The notes below the pieces were generated by a model. The model had not been told where the DNA came from. It made no database searches and was given only the letters and a program-made list of their open reading frames with translations. Shown here piece by piece: positions 36,524-48,258 of a stretch of DNA of 64,000 nt. The DNA comes from Thermodesulfovibrionales bacterium. Its GTDB lineage: Bacteria > Nitrospirota > Thermodesulfovibrionia > Thermodesulfovibrionales > SM23-35. The stretch lies in contig CAVQRT010000003.1 in the NCBI GenBank assembly GCA_963715195.1, positions 160,001 through 224,000 on the forward strand, read 5' to 3'. Numbering within the stretch: the stretch's first letter is position 1; each line of letters begins with the position of its first letter. The translations under genes were made by a program, and so were the position numbers.

Positions 36524-38971
36524 CTAAGAGTTGTTAAATACCGACGAAATATTGAAAAACAACATGTCACCCACATATTTCAAGGTATTGATCCATTGGT
36601 GTTTTTCTTCATCCAGTAAAGTTCCCTTTTGCAGAATTTCAGCATAGTCAGTTTTTGCAATCTGGTAATACATGTTCTGGGTCTGCCAGAAGTTAATCTC
36701 GATTGGCAACAATCGGTAAAGCTCGAGCCTGCTTTGAATATCGATAAGCGTTCTCAAATCAGCGGGTTCTTTCCGCCACTGTCTCATGCACTCTTCTAAT
36801 TTTTTCCTCATCTGGAATTCAATACCAACTGAATACAGGGGTACATTCCATTTTTTCATATCTTTCAGTAATCCCTGTATTTTTCTCACGTCTATCGGTT
36901 CTTCCAGGAATGCCTTTTCAACATCAGCGTTGAGAATAAGTTCGGCCGCAGCAATGAATGCTTTTTTTACCGGCATCCCTGTTTCATGGAGAAAGCCCAT
37001 GAGAATCCGGTTATTCTCATATAACTGCCGGTATGCCTGTTCGAAATTTTCGGTTGTTTTACTAATAAGCGAATCCAAAATAATACGCTGCTGATCCCTG
37101 AACAGATGCGCAAGTGAATAATTGTGCATACCGAAATGCGTATCCATGAGTCTTACAATATCGGCAAAATCTCCTCTTTCGAATGTAGCCATGATCTCAG
37201 TTTTCATTGAATGGTATGCGTTGGGGCCGAGGAATGTACGAACACCCCCGTTCAACGCATGCCCCCCGAAGTGCAAAATGCAGAAGCTGAGAATCTCGGA
37301 TTCGTACGTTATCTCAGAGGATATAGAAACTTTTCCTATAGCGATATTGGTACTCCCGGCACTTGCTTTCTGGTAATCTTCTTTTTGAATGATATAGCTG
37401 TAGATTTTGGTCTCGTCAATATAATCCTCAAACAGTGAACTCACTGCGAAGTGAGCTCCCACTTTCTTGAGGTTGATCATGGCCGGCATCACAAGATTCT
37501 CATAAATAATGGCTCCATTTTCATGTTCAGGGATATTGCTCTTTGCGAGCGTAAGTCGGGCTTTAAAGGTGTCCTCCAGTCCATAGCTGAAAATGTCCTC
37601 TGAGAGCTGGATAGCCCTTCCGGCATACTTCAAAATCTGGACAGTTTCCAGTCCTGAAAGCTCATCAAAAAACCAGCCGCAGCTCGTATACATGAGCATT
37701 GCATGCCTCTGCATCTCTAATAGTTTCAGCACGGTGACCTTTTCGACGTCTGAAATACTTCGTAATGCGTGTAAATTAAAAAATGCTTCCTTCCGTTCGT
37801 CTGAACGATTAAGGATGAGCTGCACGTAGTCATCCCTCGCGCTCCAGGGGTCTTTCAGATACTCATTTGCTGCGCTTTCATAAATGCCCGCCAACCGGTC
37901 TCTTAGCCAGTCAAGTGCTTCCCGGAGCGGTCTTCTCCATTCCTGGCTCCATCCCGGATATCCCCCTGAATGACATCCACAGTTTTCCCTCCAGCGTTCT
38001 ATCCCATGGACGCAACTCCATGAGGAATTTTCGAAGATTTGTACCTCATGCGTAGGCGGATACTTTTCAAGATACTCACCGTAATTCGTAAGACGTGCCA
38101 ATCCATTTGATTCTATATAATTCAGTGCATATGCGAGCCCCATGTCTCCGTAATGCTGATGATGTCCATATGTCTCCCCATCTGTCGCGATATGAAGTAA
38201 CTGCGGCCAGTCTCTCGCATCAGAGAATCCGGAGAGCAGCCGGTGTGCAAAATCCTCTCCTTGCTTGAGCTGCCCCTCGAATGCAACCGCCTGAGATATC
38301 GGTCCGTCATAAAAAAAGAGAGCAATGCTCCGGCCGGTCTGTAATCTGCAGAGATAGGCTCGCGAGGGATCTATTCTTGAACCGCTCACATCTCTCCATT
38401 TACCGGTCCCAAGCCTTCTTACCTTCGACGCCTGCCGGGGAGCAAGGATTGTAAAGCGGATCCCTGATTCAGCGAGCAGATTAAGCGTTTCGTAATCCAC
38501 CGCAGTCTCTGCAAGCCACATGCCCTCAGGAGATCTCTTGAAACGATATTCAAAATCCTTTATTCCCCAGAGTATCTGGGTGTGCCTGTCTCTGCTGGTT
38601 GCGAGCGGCATAATAACATGGTTATAGACCTGTGCAAGGGCATTCCCGTGACCGGATCTCCATTCAGTGCTTTTCTTGTCAGCGTCAAGTATTGCTCCAT
38701 ATGTTTCAGGAGCCGTTTCTTCGAGCCATGACAGTAGTGTCGGTCCGAAATTGAAACTTATCCGTGCGTAATTGCTGACAATGTCGAGTATCCGGCCCTC
38801 ACCATCAAGATTCCTTGATGCCGAATTCGGGGCATAGCATTCGGCAGTAATCCGCTCGTTCCAGTCATGGTAAGGATATGCTGAATCCTGAATTTCTATT
38901 GCTTCAAGCCAGGGGTTCTCCCTTGGCGGCTGATAGAAATGTCCGTGGATGCACACGTATCTTGCCGTCAT
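36524..38971 (-). CDS. GH57 family glycoside hydrolase with DUF3536 domain
   Basis: IHGHFYQPPRENPW, SFNFGPTL, GMWLAET, ATDGETYGHH, SWSCVHGIERW, MYTSCGWFFDE; start ATG 38971 overlaps the treZ stop. Confidence 0.9.
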   Translation of the reverse strand: MTARYVCIHGHFYQPPRENPWLEAIEIQDSAYPYHDWNERITAECYAPNSASRNLDGEGRILDIVSNYARISFNFGPTLLSWLEETAPETYGAILDADKKSTEWRSGHGNALAQVYNHVIMPLATSRDRHTQILWGIKDFEYRFKRSPEGMWLAETAVDYETLNLLAESGIRFTILAPRQASKVRRLGTGKWRDVSGSRIDPSRAYLCRLQTGRSIALFFYDGPISQAVAFEGQLKQGEDFAHRLLSGFSDARDWPQLLHIATDGETYGHHQHYGDMGLAYALNYIESNGLARLTNYGEYLEKYPPTHEVQIFENSSWSCVHGIERWRENCGCHSGGYPGWSQEWRRPLREALDWLRDRLAGIYESAANEYLKDPWSARDDYVQLILNRSDERKEAFFNLHALRSISDVEKVTVLKLLEMQRHAMLMYTSCGWFFDELSGLETVQILKYAGRAIQLSEDIFSYGLEDTFKARLTLAKSNIPEHENGAIIYENLVMPAMINLKKVGAHFAVSSLFEDYIDETKIYSYIIQKEDYQKASAGSTNIAIGKVSISSEITYESEILSFCILHFGGHALNGGVRTFLGPNAYHSMKTEIMATFERGDFADIVRLMDTHFGMHNYSLAHLFRDQQRIILDSLISKTTENFEQAYRQLYENNRILMGFLHETGMPVKKAFIAAAELILNADVEKAFLEEPIDVRKIQGLLKDMKKWNVPLYSVGIEFQMRKKLEECMRQWRKEPADLRTLIDIQSRLELYRLLPIEINFWQTQNMYYQIAKTDYAEILQKGTLLDEEKHQWINTLKYVGDMLFFNISSVFNNS

Positions 38972-40797
38972 GCGGCCTCTTCTTTCAGATAGACTGCCAT
39001 GCTCTGTTTGCGGACTATGATTCGTTTTCCTCCCGTTATCCAATCCGGGAGCAGGGTCCCGGGGCCCAGCCATGTATCTTCAGACGTGTCGAGAATCCTT
39101 TTCCAGACAGACTTGCTGAGTGATACAGTTATTTCTCTATCAACACTGCTAAAATTACTGACGATATAAACTTCGCTTGTATCCCTCCACCTTTTCATAA
39201 CAAGCATTTTCCTGTCATCTGAACCGTCTATATGAAGACATGCATTATCTAAGTGTGAGAGCGCTGTAACATTTCTCCTCATCTGTATCAGAGCTTGATA
39301 AAGCCCAAGCAAAATTTTATGCTTTTTCTTGTCTTTCTTTTTCCACACCATTTTTGATCCTTCAAAGGTCTTGATATCTTGTGGGTCGGGAGGATCGCCC
39401 TTCCATGTAAATGCCTTAAATTCTTCTTTTCTCCCTTTTCTCACAGCCTCGATTAATTCTGGATCACCGTGGCTGACAAAATAGAGAAAAGGGGTATCTT
39501 CGCCATACTCCTCTCCCATGAACAATAAGGGTATGTATGGGGAGAGTATCACCGCACCTGCAGCAAGCTTCAAAGACTCAAAAGACACAAGACTTGCCAA
39601 CCTGTCACCGAAGGCCCTGTTTCCTATCTGATCATGGTTCTGGGAAAAAACGACAAATTGATCTGCCGGGATTCCCTCCGAGGAATTCCCGTGATTTCTT
39701 TTTCTGTAATCAGAATATTCCCCTGAATACACGAACCCTTCTTTTATTGTCTTCACCATATGGCGTATACTTCCGAAATCAGCATAGTAACCGTCTCTCT
39801 CCCCAGTAAGGAGCGTATGCAGTGAATGATGAAAATCATCGCACCATTGTGCATGAATACCGTATCCTCCCAACTCCTTCGGCCTTATTACCCTCGTATC
39901 GTTGAGGTCGCTCTCAGCAATCAAATATACAGGCTTACCCTTATCTGAAAACTCCCGTGCCGCATCAGCCAGTTCCTGCAAAAATGGTTGTGCACTGAAA
40001 TCCGTTATACCGTGAATCGCATCGAGCCGCAGCGCGTCGACATGATAATCCCTAAACCAGGAAAGAGCATTTTCGATAAAATAATTTCTGACTTCATTAC
40101 TGTGAGCACCATCAAAGTTGATAGCCATTCCCCAGGGAGTTCTGTACCTGTCGGTAAAATAAGGGCCATACTCCCCGAGGTAATTTCCCTCAGGGCCAAG
40201 ATGGTTGTAAACAACATCAAGAATAACTGCAATCTTATGCTTATGGCACGCATTCACAAGTTTCTTAAATCCTTCCGGCCCGCCATATGATTTCTGAACT
40301 GCAAACGGAAAGACGCCATCATATCCCCAGTTTCTTTCTCCCGGAAACTGCGCAACAGGCATTACTTCTATGGCATTGATGCCAAGATTATCGAGATACG
40401 GAAGCCGCTTTATCACGGCATCACATGTTCCTTCCGGGGTAAAGGTTCCTATGTGCATCTCATAGATGATCATCTTGGAGAGCGGAATACCTCTCCAGTC
40501 ATTGTCTGTCCATTTGAACAGCGCGTGATTCACCGCCTGTGAAGGACCATGCACACCTTCTGGCTGGAATTGCGAAGCCGGATCAGGTCTCTCCCTGGTG
40601 TTGTTGAGCCGGTAGAAATACCGTATTTCGAGAGGAGTTGCATTGAATTCTCCCCTCCAGTAGCCGCTCGTATCTTTTTTCATGCGAAGAGTTTTTTTCT
40701 GAGGCTGAAGAATCCTCAATTCAACACTTTCGAGAAAGGGAGCCCATACAGCAAATTCACATGCCCCTGAACTGTTATAGTGTGCACCGATTCTCAT
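38968..40797 (-). CDS. treZ: Malto-oligosyltrehalose trehalohydrolase
   Basis: [77 protein letters not shown]. Confidence 0.96.
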   Translation of the reverse strand: MRIGAHYNSSGACEFAVWAPFLESVELRILQPQKKTLRMKKDTSGYWRGEFNATPLEIRYFYRLNNTRERPDPASQFQPEGVHGPSQAVNHALFKWTDNDWRGIPLSKMIIYEMHIGTFTPEGTCDAVIKRLPYLDNLGINAIEVMPVAQFPGERNWGYDGVFPFAVQKSYGGPEGFKKLVNACHKHKIAVILDVVYNHLGPEGNYLGEYGPYFTDRYRTPWGMAINFDGAHSNEVRNYFIENALSWFRDYHVDALRLDAIHGITDFSAQPFLQELADAAREFSDKGKPVYLIAESDLNDTRVIRPKELGGYGIHAQWCDDFHHSLHTLLTGERDGYYADFGSIRHMVKTIKEGFVYSGEYSDYRKRNHGNSSEGIPADQFVVFSQNHDQIGNRAFGDRLASLVSFESLKLAAGAVILSPYIPLLFMGEEYGEDTPFLYFVSHGDPELIEAVRKGRKEEFKAFTWKGDPPDPQDIKTFEGSKMVWKKKDKKKHKILLGLYQALIQMRRNVTALSHLDNACLHIDGSDDRKMLVMKRWRDTSEVYIVSNFSSVDREITVSLSKSVWKRILDTSEDTWLGPGTLLPDWITGGKRIIVRKQSMAVYLKEEAA

Positions 40798-42726
40798 GTT
40801 TCATGCCGCGTGTGCTTGAAATAAACTATACCGAGTGGAGGAAGCACAAGAGACAGGGAAAAATATTTTCCGTGAAAGGGTATCGGCGTTGCCTCAACGC
40901 CTCCTGTATTCCCATGACCGCTCCCTCCGTAAACCTTCGCATCACTGTTGAGCACTTCCTTCCAGAAACCGCCCATGGGAACTCCGACCCTGTAGTTATG
41001 CCTCGGGACCGGTGTAAAATTACAGACAGCAAGGAGCATATCTTCAGGATTTTTCCCTTTTCTGATAAAGCTTACAATGCTATCTTCCCAATTGTGAAAA
41101 TCTATCCATTGAAATCCTTCGGGATGAAAATCTGTCTCATGAAGAGCTGGCTCTGTTCTATAGAGATGATTCAGATCTTTCACCCAATGCTGTACCCCCC
41201 GGTGGAAATGATAATCGAGAACATGCCATTCGAGACTTTCATCATGATTCCACTCCTTCCATTGTGCAATCTCCCCACCCATAAAGATGAGCTTTTTCCC
41301 CGGGTGCCCGTACATATACCCGAACAGTAGTCTCAGGTTTGCATATTTCTGCCATTCATCTCCGGACATCTTGCCAAACAGGGAACCTTTGCCGTGGACA
41401 ACCTCATCATGAGAGAGTGGGAGTACAAAATTTTCGGTAAAGGCATACCAGATGCTGAAGGTAAGCTGGTTATGATGATACTTTCTGAATACCGGATCCT
41501 GAGAAAAATAATCAAGAGTATCGTGCATCCATCCCATATTCCATTTCATGCCGAAGCCCAACCCGCCCACGTAGGCTGGTCTTGAAACCATAGGCCATGC
41601 TGTTGATTCCTCTGCAGCGGTCTGGACATCAGGATAGTTTGCATACACCATCTCATTGAATCTTTTCAGGAAATGGATGGCATCGATATTTTCCTTGCTC
41701 CCATATTCATTCGGTATCCATTCTCCATCTTTCCTTCCATAATCAAGGTACAGCATGGAAGCGACTGCATCTACCCGGAGGCCGTCGGCATGGTACTTAT
41801 TGAGCCAGAACAGCGCACTGCTGATGAGAAAGTTCCTTACCTCATTTCTTCCATAATTAAAAATATAGCTGTTCCAGTCAGGATGAAATCCCTTTTTCGG
41901 GTCGGAATGCTCATAGAGATGTGTCCCGTCGAAAAATACAAGACCATGGATGTCGTCCGGGAAATGTGATGGCACCCAGTCTAAAATAACGCCAATCCCG
42001 TTTTGATGGAGATAATCAATCAGGTACATGAAATCCTGCGGAGTTCCATACCTGCTCGAAGGTGCAAAATACCCGACTGTCTGATAGCCCCATGATCCAT
42101 AAAAAGGGTGTTCCATGATCGGGAGAAATTCCACATGGGTAAATCCCATCTCTTTCACGTAATCTCGCAAGATAATGGGCTGACTCACGATAGGTAAGAG
42201 GTCTGTTGCCTTCTTCAGGAACACGTCTCCATGAACCAAAGTGAACTTCATAAATAGAGATCGGCGCATCCAGAGCATTACGCGTATGTCTTTCGTGCAT
42301 CCATTCGCGGTCATTCCAGGTATAGTCTAAATCCCATATTATTGAGGCGGTCTCCGGAGGAGCCTGAAAGTAAAGAGCAAGGGGATCAGCCTTGTCTGAC
42401 CTGTAGTTGTTGTATTGCGATGAAATATGGTACTTGTACGCAGTTCCTGGTCCGATGCCTGGAATAAATCCTTCCCAGATTCCTGATTCGTCTTCTCTCG
42501 GCCGCAATTGATGCGATGCATTGTTCCAATTATTAAAATCACCCATTACCGAAACCTTTTGTGCGTTTGGTGCCCATACGCTGAACAAAGTACCTTTCCT
42601 GCGATCAATTTTCATTTGATGGGCACCAAGCTTCTCATATAAGGTAAAATGATTTCCTTCTTTAAAGAGATATATATCCTGGTCTGTTAAAAGACTGACA
42701 TCGTATTTCATTTTCTTTTCTCTCAT
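40794..42726 (-). pseudogene. glgB: 1,4-alpha-glucan branching enzyme split by a single-base frameshift (probable sequence error)
   Basis: [26 protein letters not shown] in one frame; [52 protein letters not shown] in another; one extra base at about 42165-42166. Confidence 0.93.
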
Positions 42727-45700
42727 TGTCCACCTCGTCTCATGGTATCCAGAATATACAATATTCCCTTTACCGGAATACCTGCCCATTCCGGACGGTT
42801 GTTTAATTCATAACCAAGTTCATAGATAGCCTTTTCCAATAAAAAACACCGAAGCAGTGTTTCCATTTCACTGTACTCTTTGGGAATAAATGGTGTGTCT
42901 TTCACGGTCTGGAAATATGAATTGAAAAAAATGCTGCTAACACATTCACACCAGATGTTTGCCCATGGCTCCAGGAAGGTTACATCCTCAAGCCTCACCG
43001 AAGCGCTCTTCAGCAGGACATGATAAACAGCGTAGTGGAAAGAGCGCATCATTCCGGCTGTGTCCCGCAAAGGAGATTTCTTCAGCCTCCGCTCACTCAG
43101 AGGACGTGCGGGTTCTCCCTCAAAATCAATGATCACAAAGTCGTTCCCCGTAAACAGAACCTGTCCAAGGTGATAGTCGCCATGAAAACGCGCTCTCATG
43201 GCTGATATTTTGGTCGCCAAAATTGCCTCAAATACCGAAAAGATTTCCTGTTTTCGGTTGATGAGTACATTTGCTTCATCCGTCACAGTTTCAGGAATCT
43301 TTTTTAGGTTCTCCTGGAGCAGTTGCATATTTCTCACCGTGCGATTTCTCATGGATTGATAGATTGACCTTTGGTACAGCAGGGAAAAAGCCTCCGGAGA
43401 AAAACCCTGGTCTCTGGCATTGTAAATCAAAGCAAGATGCATTTCCCCGGTCCTTTTTCCGAGAAGTGAGATCATCTCGAGATAGAATCTACCGATCAAT
43501 TCCTGAAGCAGCGGTGTGACATCAGAAACTGAGAGACCGAAGAGAGAAGACTCAAGAAGAGGGATTTCCGGAATTTCTGACTTTGTTGACAGGACCCGTT
43601 CATAGAAGTGGCTGACATGATCAAGGGAAAATTGCCATGCATCACCCTGATTCTGCACAAAACCCTGGAGATGCCCGATCGTAACCGGGAGAGCATTACC
43701 CGGACTTCTGTATTCAATCAGACCTGCAAACGGTGGGGCATGCGGAAAACGGGCGCTTTCTGTCAGAAAACGTGCTATCTCAATATCGGGATTGACGCCT
43801 CTGTCTAACCTGCGGAATAGTTTTAGGAAGAACGTATTGTCGTAGATAAAAGATGTGTTGCTCTGCTCAACTTTGAGCAACTGCGATGCAAGGGGAAGTT
43901 CTTTCCCTCCGAGAATCCTTTTAAACTGTTTCCCCTGATGGCCAACGATTTCGCCGCTTCCCCCTTTCAGAACCTTCCTCTTCGAGATAAGAGCGAGAAG
44001 TTCTCTTTGAAAATCATTATTATATATGCTGTCATACAGAAGCCCTTCTCCGCTTTTCGTCTTGATGCGTGAGATTATTTCAAAGGGTTTCTCCTCCATG
44101 ATCCTCCGGGCCTGATCATCAGTACAAAAAGATACAGGAAGGAGGTACGTCTCAGATACCCCTTCTGTATAGCCTGCCTCAAGAAAAAGTATCTGGGTCT
44201 CTGAGGAATTTCGTCCTACTGGAATATGCTCCCGTATCTGAATTTTCTGAAGTCTCCGCGCTTTCCCTGCAAACCATCTGCTCTCCGAAATATACAGCGG
44301 TAAAACATCCTTTTCTAAGGTCTCCTTTGTTTTTCCCTCAAAAACTCTCTCCCAGCTTCCGTCCACACTCAATTCAGGGATAACGGTAAAAAAGTCTCCT
44401 ATTCGTAATGGCTCCTCCTGTCTTTTCAGGACGAACCAAAAGTAGTCATAGAAGCCGAGGGTTAAGATATACGGTGATTCCTTAATAGCAGGAAATCTGT
44501 TCTGGCTGAATGCTTCCTCAGGAACAAAGCCTGCGTAGTCTGAGAGTTCAAGTGCTGCAACCTGAGAGAATCTGGACAGGTTTACCACAACAAGGACTCG
44601 TTCGTCCTGATACTCACGGATAAAGGAGAGGACCTTCGAATTATCTGACGGGATAAACCTTATGCTACCTCTGCCGAAAGCCAGAAGCCGTTTACGCATC
44701 GCAATGACCCTCCTCATCCACCAGAGGAGTGAAGATGTATTCATCTCCTCGTTCTCAACATTGAGAGCTTCATAATGATATTCAGGGTCTATGATGACAG
44801 GGAGGTAGAGTTTCTGTGGATTGGCCTTCGAAAACCCGGCGTTCCGGTCAGAACTCCACTGCATCGGTGTTCTCACACCGTTCCGGTCACCGAGGTAATA
44901 GTTGTCACCCATGCCTATTTCATCTCCATAATAAATGATGGGAGTGCCGGGAAGAGAAAAGAGGAGGATGTTCATCAACTCAATTCTCCTTCGGTTGTTT
45001 CTAATAAGCGGAGCAAGCCTTCGCCTGATACCAAGGTTTATTCTCGCTTGCGGGTCCTTGGCATAGACCCTGTACATATAGTCTCTCTCCTCATCAGTAA
45101 CCATTTCGAGCGTGAGTTCATCGTGGTTTCTCAGAAACATCGCCCACTGGCACATGAAGGGGATATCGGGTGTCTGTCCGAGAATATCGATGATAGGGAA
45201 CCGATCCTCCATTTGAATCGCCATGAATATTCTTGGCATGACAGGAAAATGAAAAGCCATATGACATTCATCACCTTTGCCAAAATAGGCCGCAGCATCC
45301 TCAGGCCATTGATTCGCCTCGGCGAGTAACATCCTGTTCCTGAATTTTTTGTCGACATGTGATCGCAAGTTTTTCAAAAACTGATGTGTTTCAGGAAGAT
45401 TCTCACAATTGGTCCCTTCTCGCTCATATAGGTAAGGCACAGCATCAAGTCTAAGACCATCAACCCCCATTTCAAGCCAAAAATCAAGAGTGCGGATCAT
45501 GGCCTTTTGCACATGCGGGTTGTCAAAATTCAGATCGGGCTGATGTGCATAGAATCGATGCCAGTAATAGGCCTTAGCAACAGGGTCCCATGTCCAGTTG
45601 GAGGGTTCGAAATCAAGGAAGATAATCCGTGCATCTTTGTAGCGCTCAGGCGTATCACTCCATACATAAAAATCTCGCCAGACAGAACCGGCCTTTGCGG

Positions 45701-46076
45701 TTCTTGACCGCTGAAACCATTCGTGCTGGTCCGAGGTATGATTGAGAACGAGCTCGGTGATCACTTTAATCCCTCTTCGATGAGCCTCTCGCAAAAATTC
45801 CCTGAAATCGCGAAGTGTTCCGTAATCGGAATTAATATTGTAGTAATTTGCAATGTCATAACCGTCATCCTTTAGGGGGGAAGGATAAAAAGGTAAAAGC
45901 CATATGGCGCTAATCCCCAGATTTTCGAGGTAGTCAAGTTTCGCGATGAGTCCACGGAAATCACCCATGCCATCATCGTTCCTGTCAAAGAAAGCCCGCA
46001 CATGAAGCTGATAGATCGTGGCGTCTTTATACCAAAATGGATTTTCATCATCAAAAAAAATCTTTCCCTTAGGCAT
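42723..46076 (-). CDS. treS: Trehalose synthase-maltokinase fusion (TreS-Mak)
   Basis: WYKDATIYQ, ELVLNHTSDQH, RLDAVPYL, LAEANQWPED, FLRNHDELTLE, NLGIRRRLAP; C-terminal kinase EQSNTS, HGDYHLGQVL, IDFEGEP, KAIYELGYELNNRP. Confidence 0.95.
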   Translation of the reverse strand: MPKGKIFFDDENPFWYKDATIYQLHVRAFFDRNDDGMGDFRGLIAKLDYLENLGISAIWLLPFYPSPLKDDGYDIANYYNINSDYGTLRDFREFLREAHRRGIKVITELVLNHTSDQHEWFQRSRTAKAGSVWRDFYVWSDTPERYKDARIIFLDFEPSNWTWDPVAKAYYWHRFYAHQPDLNFDNPHVQKAMIRTLDFWLEMGVDGLRLDAVPYLYEREGTNCENLPETHQFLKNLRSHVDKKFRNRMLLAEANQWPEDAAAYFGKGDECHMAFHFPVMPRIFMAIQMEDRFPIIDILGQTPDIPFMCQWAMFLRNHDELTLEMVTDEERDYMYRVYAKDPQARINLGIRRRLAPLIRNNRRRIELMNILLFSLPGTPIIYYGDEIGMGDNYYLGDRNGVRTPMQWSSDRNAGFSKANPQKLYLPVIIDPEYHYEALNVENEEMNTSSLLWWMRRVIAMRKRLLAFGRGSIRFIPSDNSKVLSFIREYQDERVLVVVNLSRFSQVAALELSDYAGFVPEEAFSQNRFPAIKESPYILTLGFYDYFWFVLKRQEEPLRIGDFFTVIPELSVDGSWERVFEGKTKETLEKDVLPLYISESRWFAGKARRLQKIQIREHIPVGRNSSETQILFLEAGYTEGVSETYLLPVSFCTDDQARRIMEEKPFEIISRIKTKSGEGLLYDSIYNNDFQRELLALISKRKVLKGGSGEIVGHQGKQFKRILGGKELPLASQLLKVEQSNTSFIYDNTFFLKLFRRLDRGVNPDIEIARFLTESARFPHAPPFAGLIEYRSPGNALPVTIGHLQGFVQNQGDAWQFSLDHVSHFYERVLSTKSEIPEIPLLESSLFGLSVSDVTPLLQELIGRFYLEMISLLGKRTGEMHLALIYNARDQGFSPEAFSLLYQRSIYQSMRNRTVRNMQLLQENLKKIPETVTDEANVLINRKQEIFSVFEAILATKISAMRARFHGDYHLGQVLFTGNDFVIIDFEGEPARPLSERRLKKSPLRDTAGMMRSFHYAVYHVLLKSASVRLEDVTFLEPWANIWCECVSSIFFNSYFQTVKDTPFIPKEYSEMETLLRCFLLEKAIYELGYELNNRPEWAGIPVKGILYILDTMRRGGQ

Positions 46077-46087
46077 GAAGGATTTCC

Positions 46088-48100
46088 TCACATGAAATAA
46101 TCAAAATCTGCCTCTTTTTTCAGCTTCCTTCTGATCCTGAATATATGGGCAGGGGAAATATGCGGATTAATCTCGACGTAGTTTCGCTCACCCTGCCAAA
46201 TATATTTTTCCTCACCCAGTAAATCATGCACCATATACGGCTGATGAGGATCGATACCGAAATCATGGATGGGAATTTTCACCCATCCAGAGTGTTTGTG
46301 AAACGGGTCAATATTGACAACAACAAGAATGATATTTGAGAGATCATCGGAGACCTTCCCAAAACAGATCAGATTATCGTTATCAACATCATAAAACGTG
46401 ATGTTAAACGTCATCTGCAGGGCAGAGTTTTCCTTCCGGATCCTGTTCACCCGTGCTATGAAATCCCTGATGGTTCCCTCTCTGTTGCGGTCCCACAGTT
46501 TTATCTCGTATTTTTCGGAATTGAGATATTCCTCTTTACCGGGAACTGCTTCGTTCTCGATCATTTCAAAGGCCGGGCCGTAGATGCCGTAATTTGACGA
46601 GAGCGTGGCAGCCAGCACGAGTCTCATCATGAAAGCATTCCTGCCCCCAAACTGGAGATGTTCAGGCAGGATATCGGGGGTATTCGGCCAGAAATTCGGC
46701 CTGAAGTATTCCCTGACGCCGGTCATTGACACTTCCTGAATATACTGGATCAGTTCCTGTTTCGTGTTTCTCCAGGTGAAATAGGTGTATGACTGTGTGA
46801 ATCCGAGCTTTGCAAGGCGGTACATTACCTTTGGTCTCGTAAATGCCTCCGAGAGAAAAATGAGATCGGGATATGCAGTTTTCAGTTCCCCGATAAGCCA
46901 TTGCCAGAAGGCAAACGGCTTGGTATGAGGATTGTCCACCCTGAATATCCGTATGTCCTTTTCAATCCAGAAGAGGACAATGCTTTTCAGTTCCTCCCAC
47001 AATCCGAACCACTGTTCTGTCTCAAAATTCAGCGGGATGATGTCTTCATATTTCTTGGGTGGATTTTCCGCGTATTGAACCGTGCCGTCAGGACGCCACC
47101 GAAACCATTCAGGATGCTCTTTGACATAGGGATGGTCGGGCGAGCACTGCAGTGCAAGATCCATCGCAACTTCAATGCCGAACTCCCGTGCTTTTGCGAT
47201 GAATCTCTGAAAATCCTTTACGGTGCCGAGGGCAGGATGCACAGCCTTGTGTCCTCCTTTGTCTGAGCCGATCGCCCACGGGCTTCCGACATGGTCTGAT
47301 CCGGAAACGAGGGTGTTGTTTTTTCCTTTTCTTATTGTCTCGCCTATCGGATGAATCGGCGGAACATAGAGAACATCGAACCCCATTTCTGCAACTTCGG
47401 GAAGGAGTGCCTCACAATCACGGAATGTCCCATGTTGTCCGTCATGCGAACAGGATCGGGGAAATATTTCATACCATGCGCTGAAAAGCGCCTTTGGTCT
47501 GTCTACAACGACCCTGAGTTCTTTCCCGTACCGAGACGCAAGGCGCCTGTCAGCGTATTGGTCAATCAGGTCACCGAGATCCGGATCCGATGCCGCCGCG
47601 ACAAGTGCTGCGTTATCAGTCCCCCCTTTGAAAAGACTGGCATAGGAAAGGAGTCTTTTGCGATCAGGCTTGCGGGATGCTCTGTCAGCAATGCTCTCGA
47701 TAATCGCAGCCCCTATGACAAGATCCACTGCTATGTCCTGGCCCGAATCGAATCTCTTTTTCAGGTCTAGTTGCCAGGTTCTAAAATGGTCGACCCATCC
47801 CTGCACTGTGTAGGAATAGATACCGGTTTCCCCGACACGGAACTCACCTCTCCAGCGGTCGTTTCCGATAAACCTCATTGGGACTTCGTTCCATGTGTGC
47901 TCCTGCCAACGCTGAAAGAGAAGAGTTGCTGAGACAGCATCATGCCCGTCGGCATAGATATCGGCTTCCACAACGACGTTCTCTCCGACCACTCTTTTGA
48001 TCGGGAACGTCCCGCAATCAATCTCTGGTTTTACGTTCTCGATGATAATTCTTTTTCTGCCTTCACCCATATCCACGATTTTCCCTCCTGCGCCTGACAT
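46088..48100 (-). CDS. glgE: Alpha-1,4-glucan:maltose-1-phosphate maltosyltransferase
   Basis: ADGHD, WYEIFPRS, PPIHPIG, RKGKNN, GSPWAIG, QCSPDHPYV, YAENPPKKYEDI, FRVDNPHTKP, LSEAFTRP, NTPDIL; true start possibly 48076 or 48070. Confidence 0.96.
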   Translation of the reverse strand: MSGAGGKIVDMGEGRKRIIIENVKPEIDCGTFPIKRVVGENVVVEADIYADGHDAVSATLLFQRWQEHTWNEVPMRFIGNDRWRGEFRVGETGIYSYTVQGWVDHFRTWQLDLKKRFDSGQDIAVDLVIGAAIIESIADRASRKPDRKRLLSYASLFKGGTDNAALVAAASDPDLGDLIDQYADRRLASRYGKELRVVVDRPKALFSAWYEIFPRSCSHDGQHGTFRDCEALLPEVAEMGFDVLYVPPIHPIGETIRKGKNNTLVSGSDHVGSPWAIGSDKGGHKAVHPALGTVKDFQRFIAKAREFGIEVAMDLALQCSPDHPYVKEHPEWFRWRPDGTVQYAENPPKKYEDIIPLNFETEQWFGLWEELKSIVLFWIEKDIRIFRVDNPHTKPFAFWQWLIGELKTAYPDLIFLSEAFTRPKVMYRLAKLGFTQSYTYFTWRNTKQELIQYIQEVSMTGVREYFRPNFWPNTPDILPEHLQFGGRNAFMMRLVLAATLSSNYGIYGPAFEMIENEAVPGKEEYLNSEKYEIKLWDRNREGTIRDFIARVNRIRKENSALQMTFNITFYDVDNDNLICFGKVSDDLSNIILVVVNIDPFHKHSGWVKIPIHDFGIDPHQPYMVHDLLGEEKYIWQGERNYVEINPHISPAHIFRIRRKLKKEADFDYFM

Positions 48101-48225
48101 GCAAAAAAACGGGGGCGAAAGTTGATTGGTCAGGGTCCAGTCTTTGAAAAACCGAGTGAATTTCCCCGTATTTCTCCCTGATTAAACAGATTATTATAAC
48201 CCTATTATTGATTAAATGTGGTTAT

Positions 48226-48254
48226 AATATAGCATAAATGTAGTCATGCTGCAA
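48226..48254 (-). promoter_or_regulatory. Putative sigma-70 promoter of the glgE-treS-glgB-treZ-GH57-treY operon
   Basis: TTGCAG-17 bp-TATATT with TG extended -10; adjacent inverted repeat ATTATAACC/GGTTATAAT. Confidence 0.55.
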
Positions 48255-48258
48255 CACC

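Noticed and set aside
8575..42180. Programmed ribosomal frameshifting in glmS and glgB
   Set aside because: No slippery heptamer, homopolymer or stop codon at either shift site; sequence error is more parsimonious
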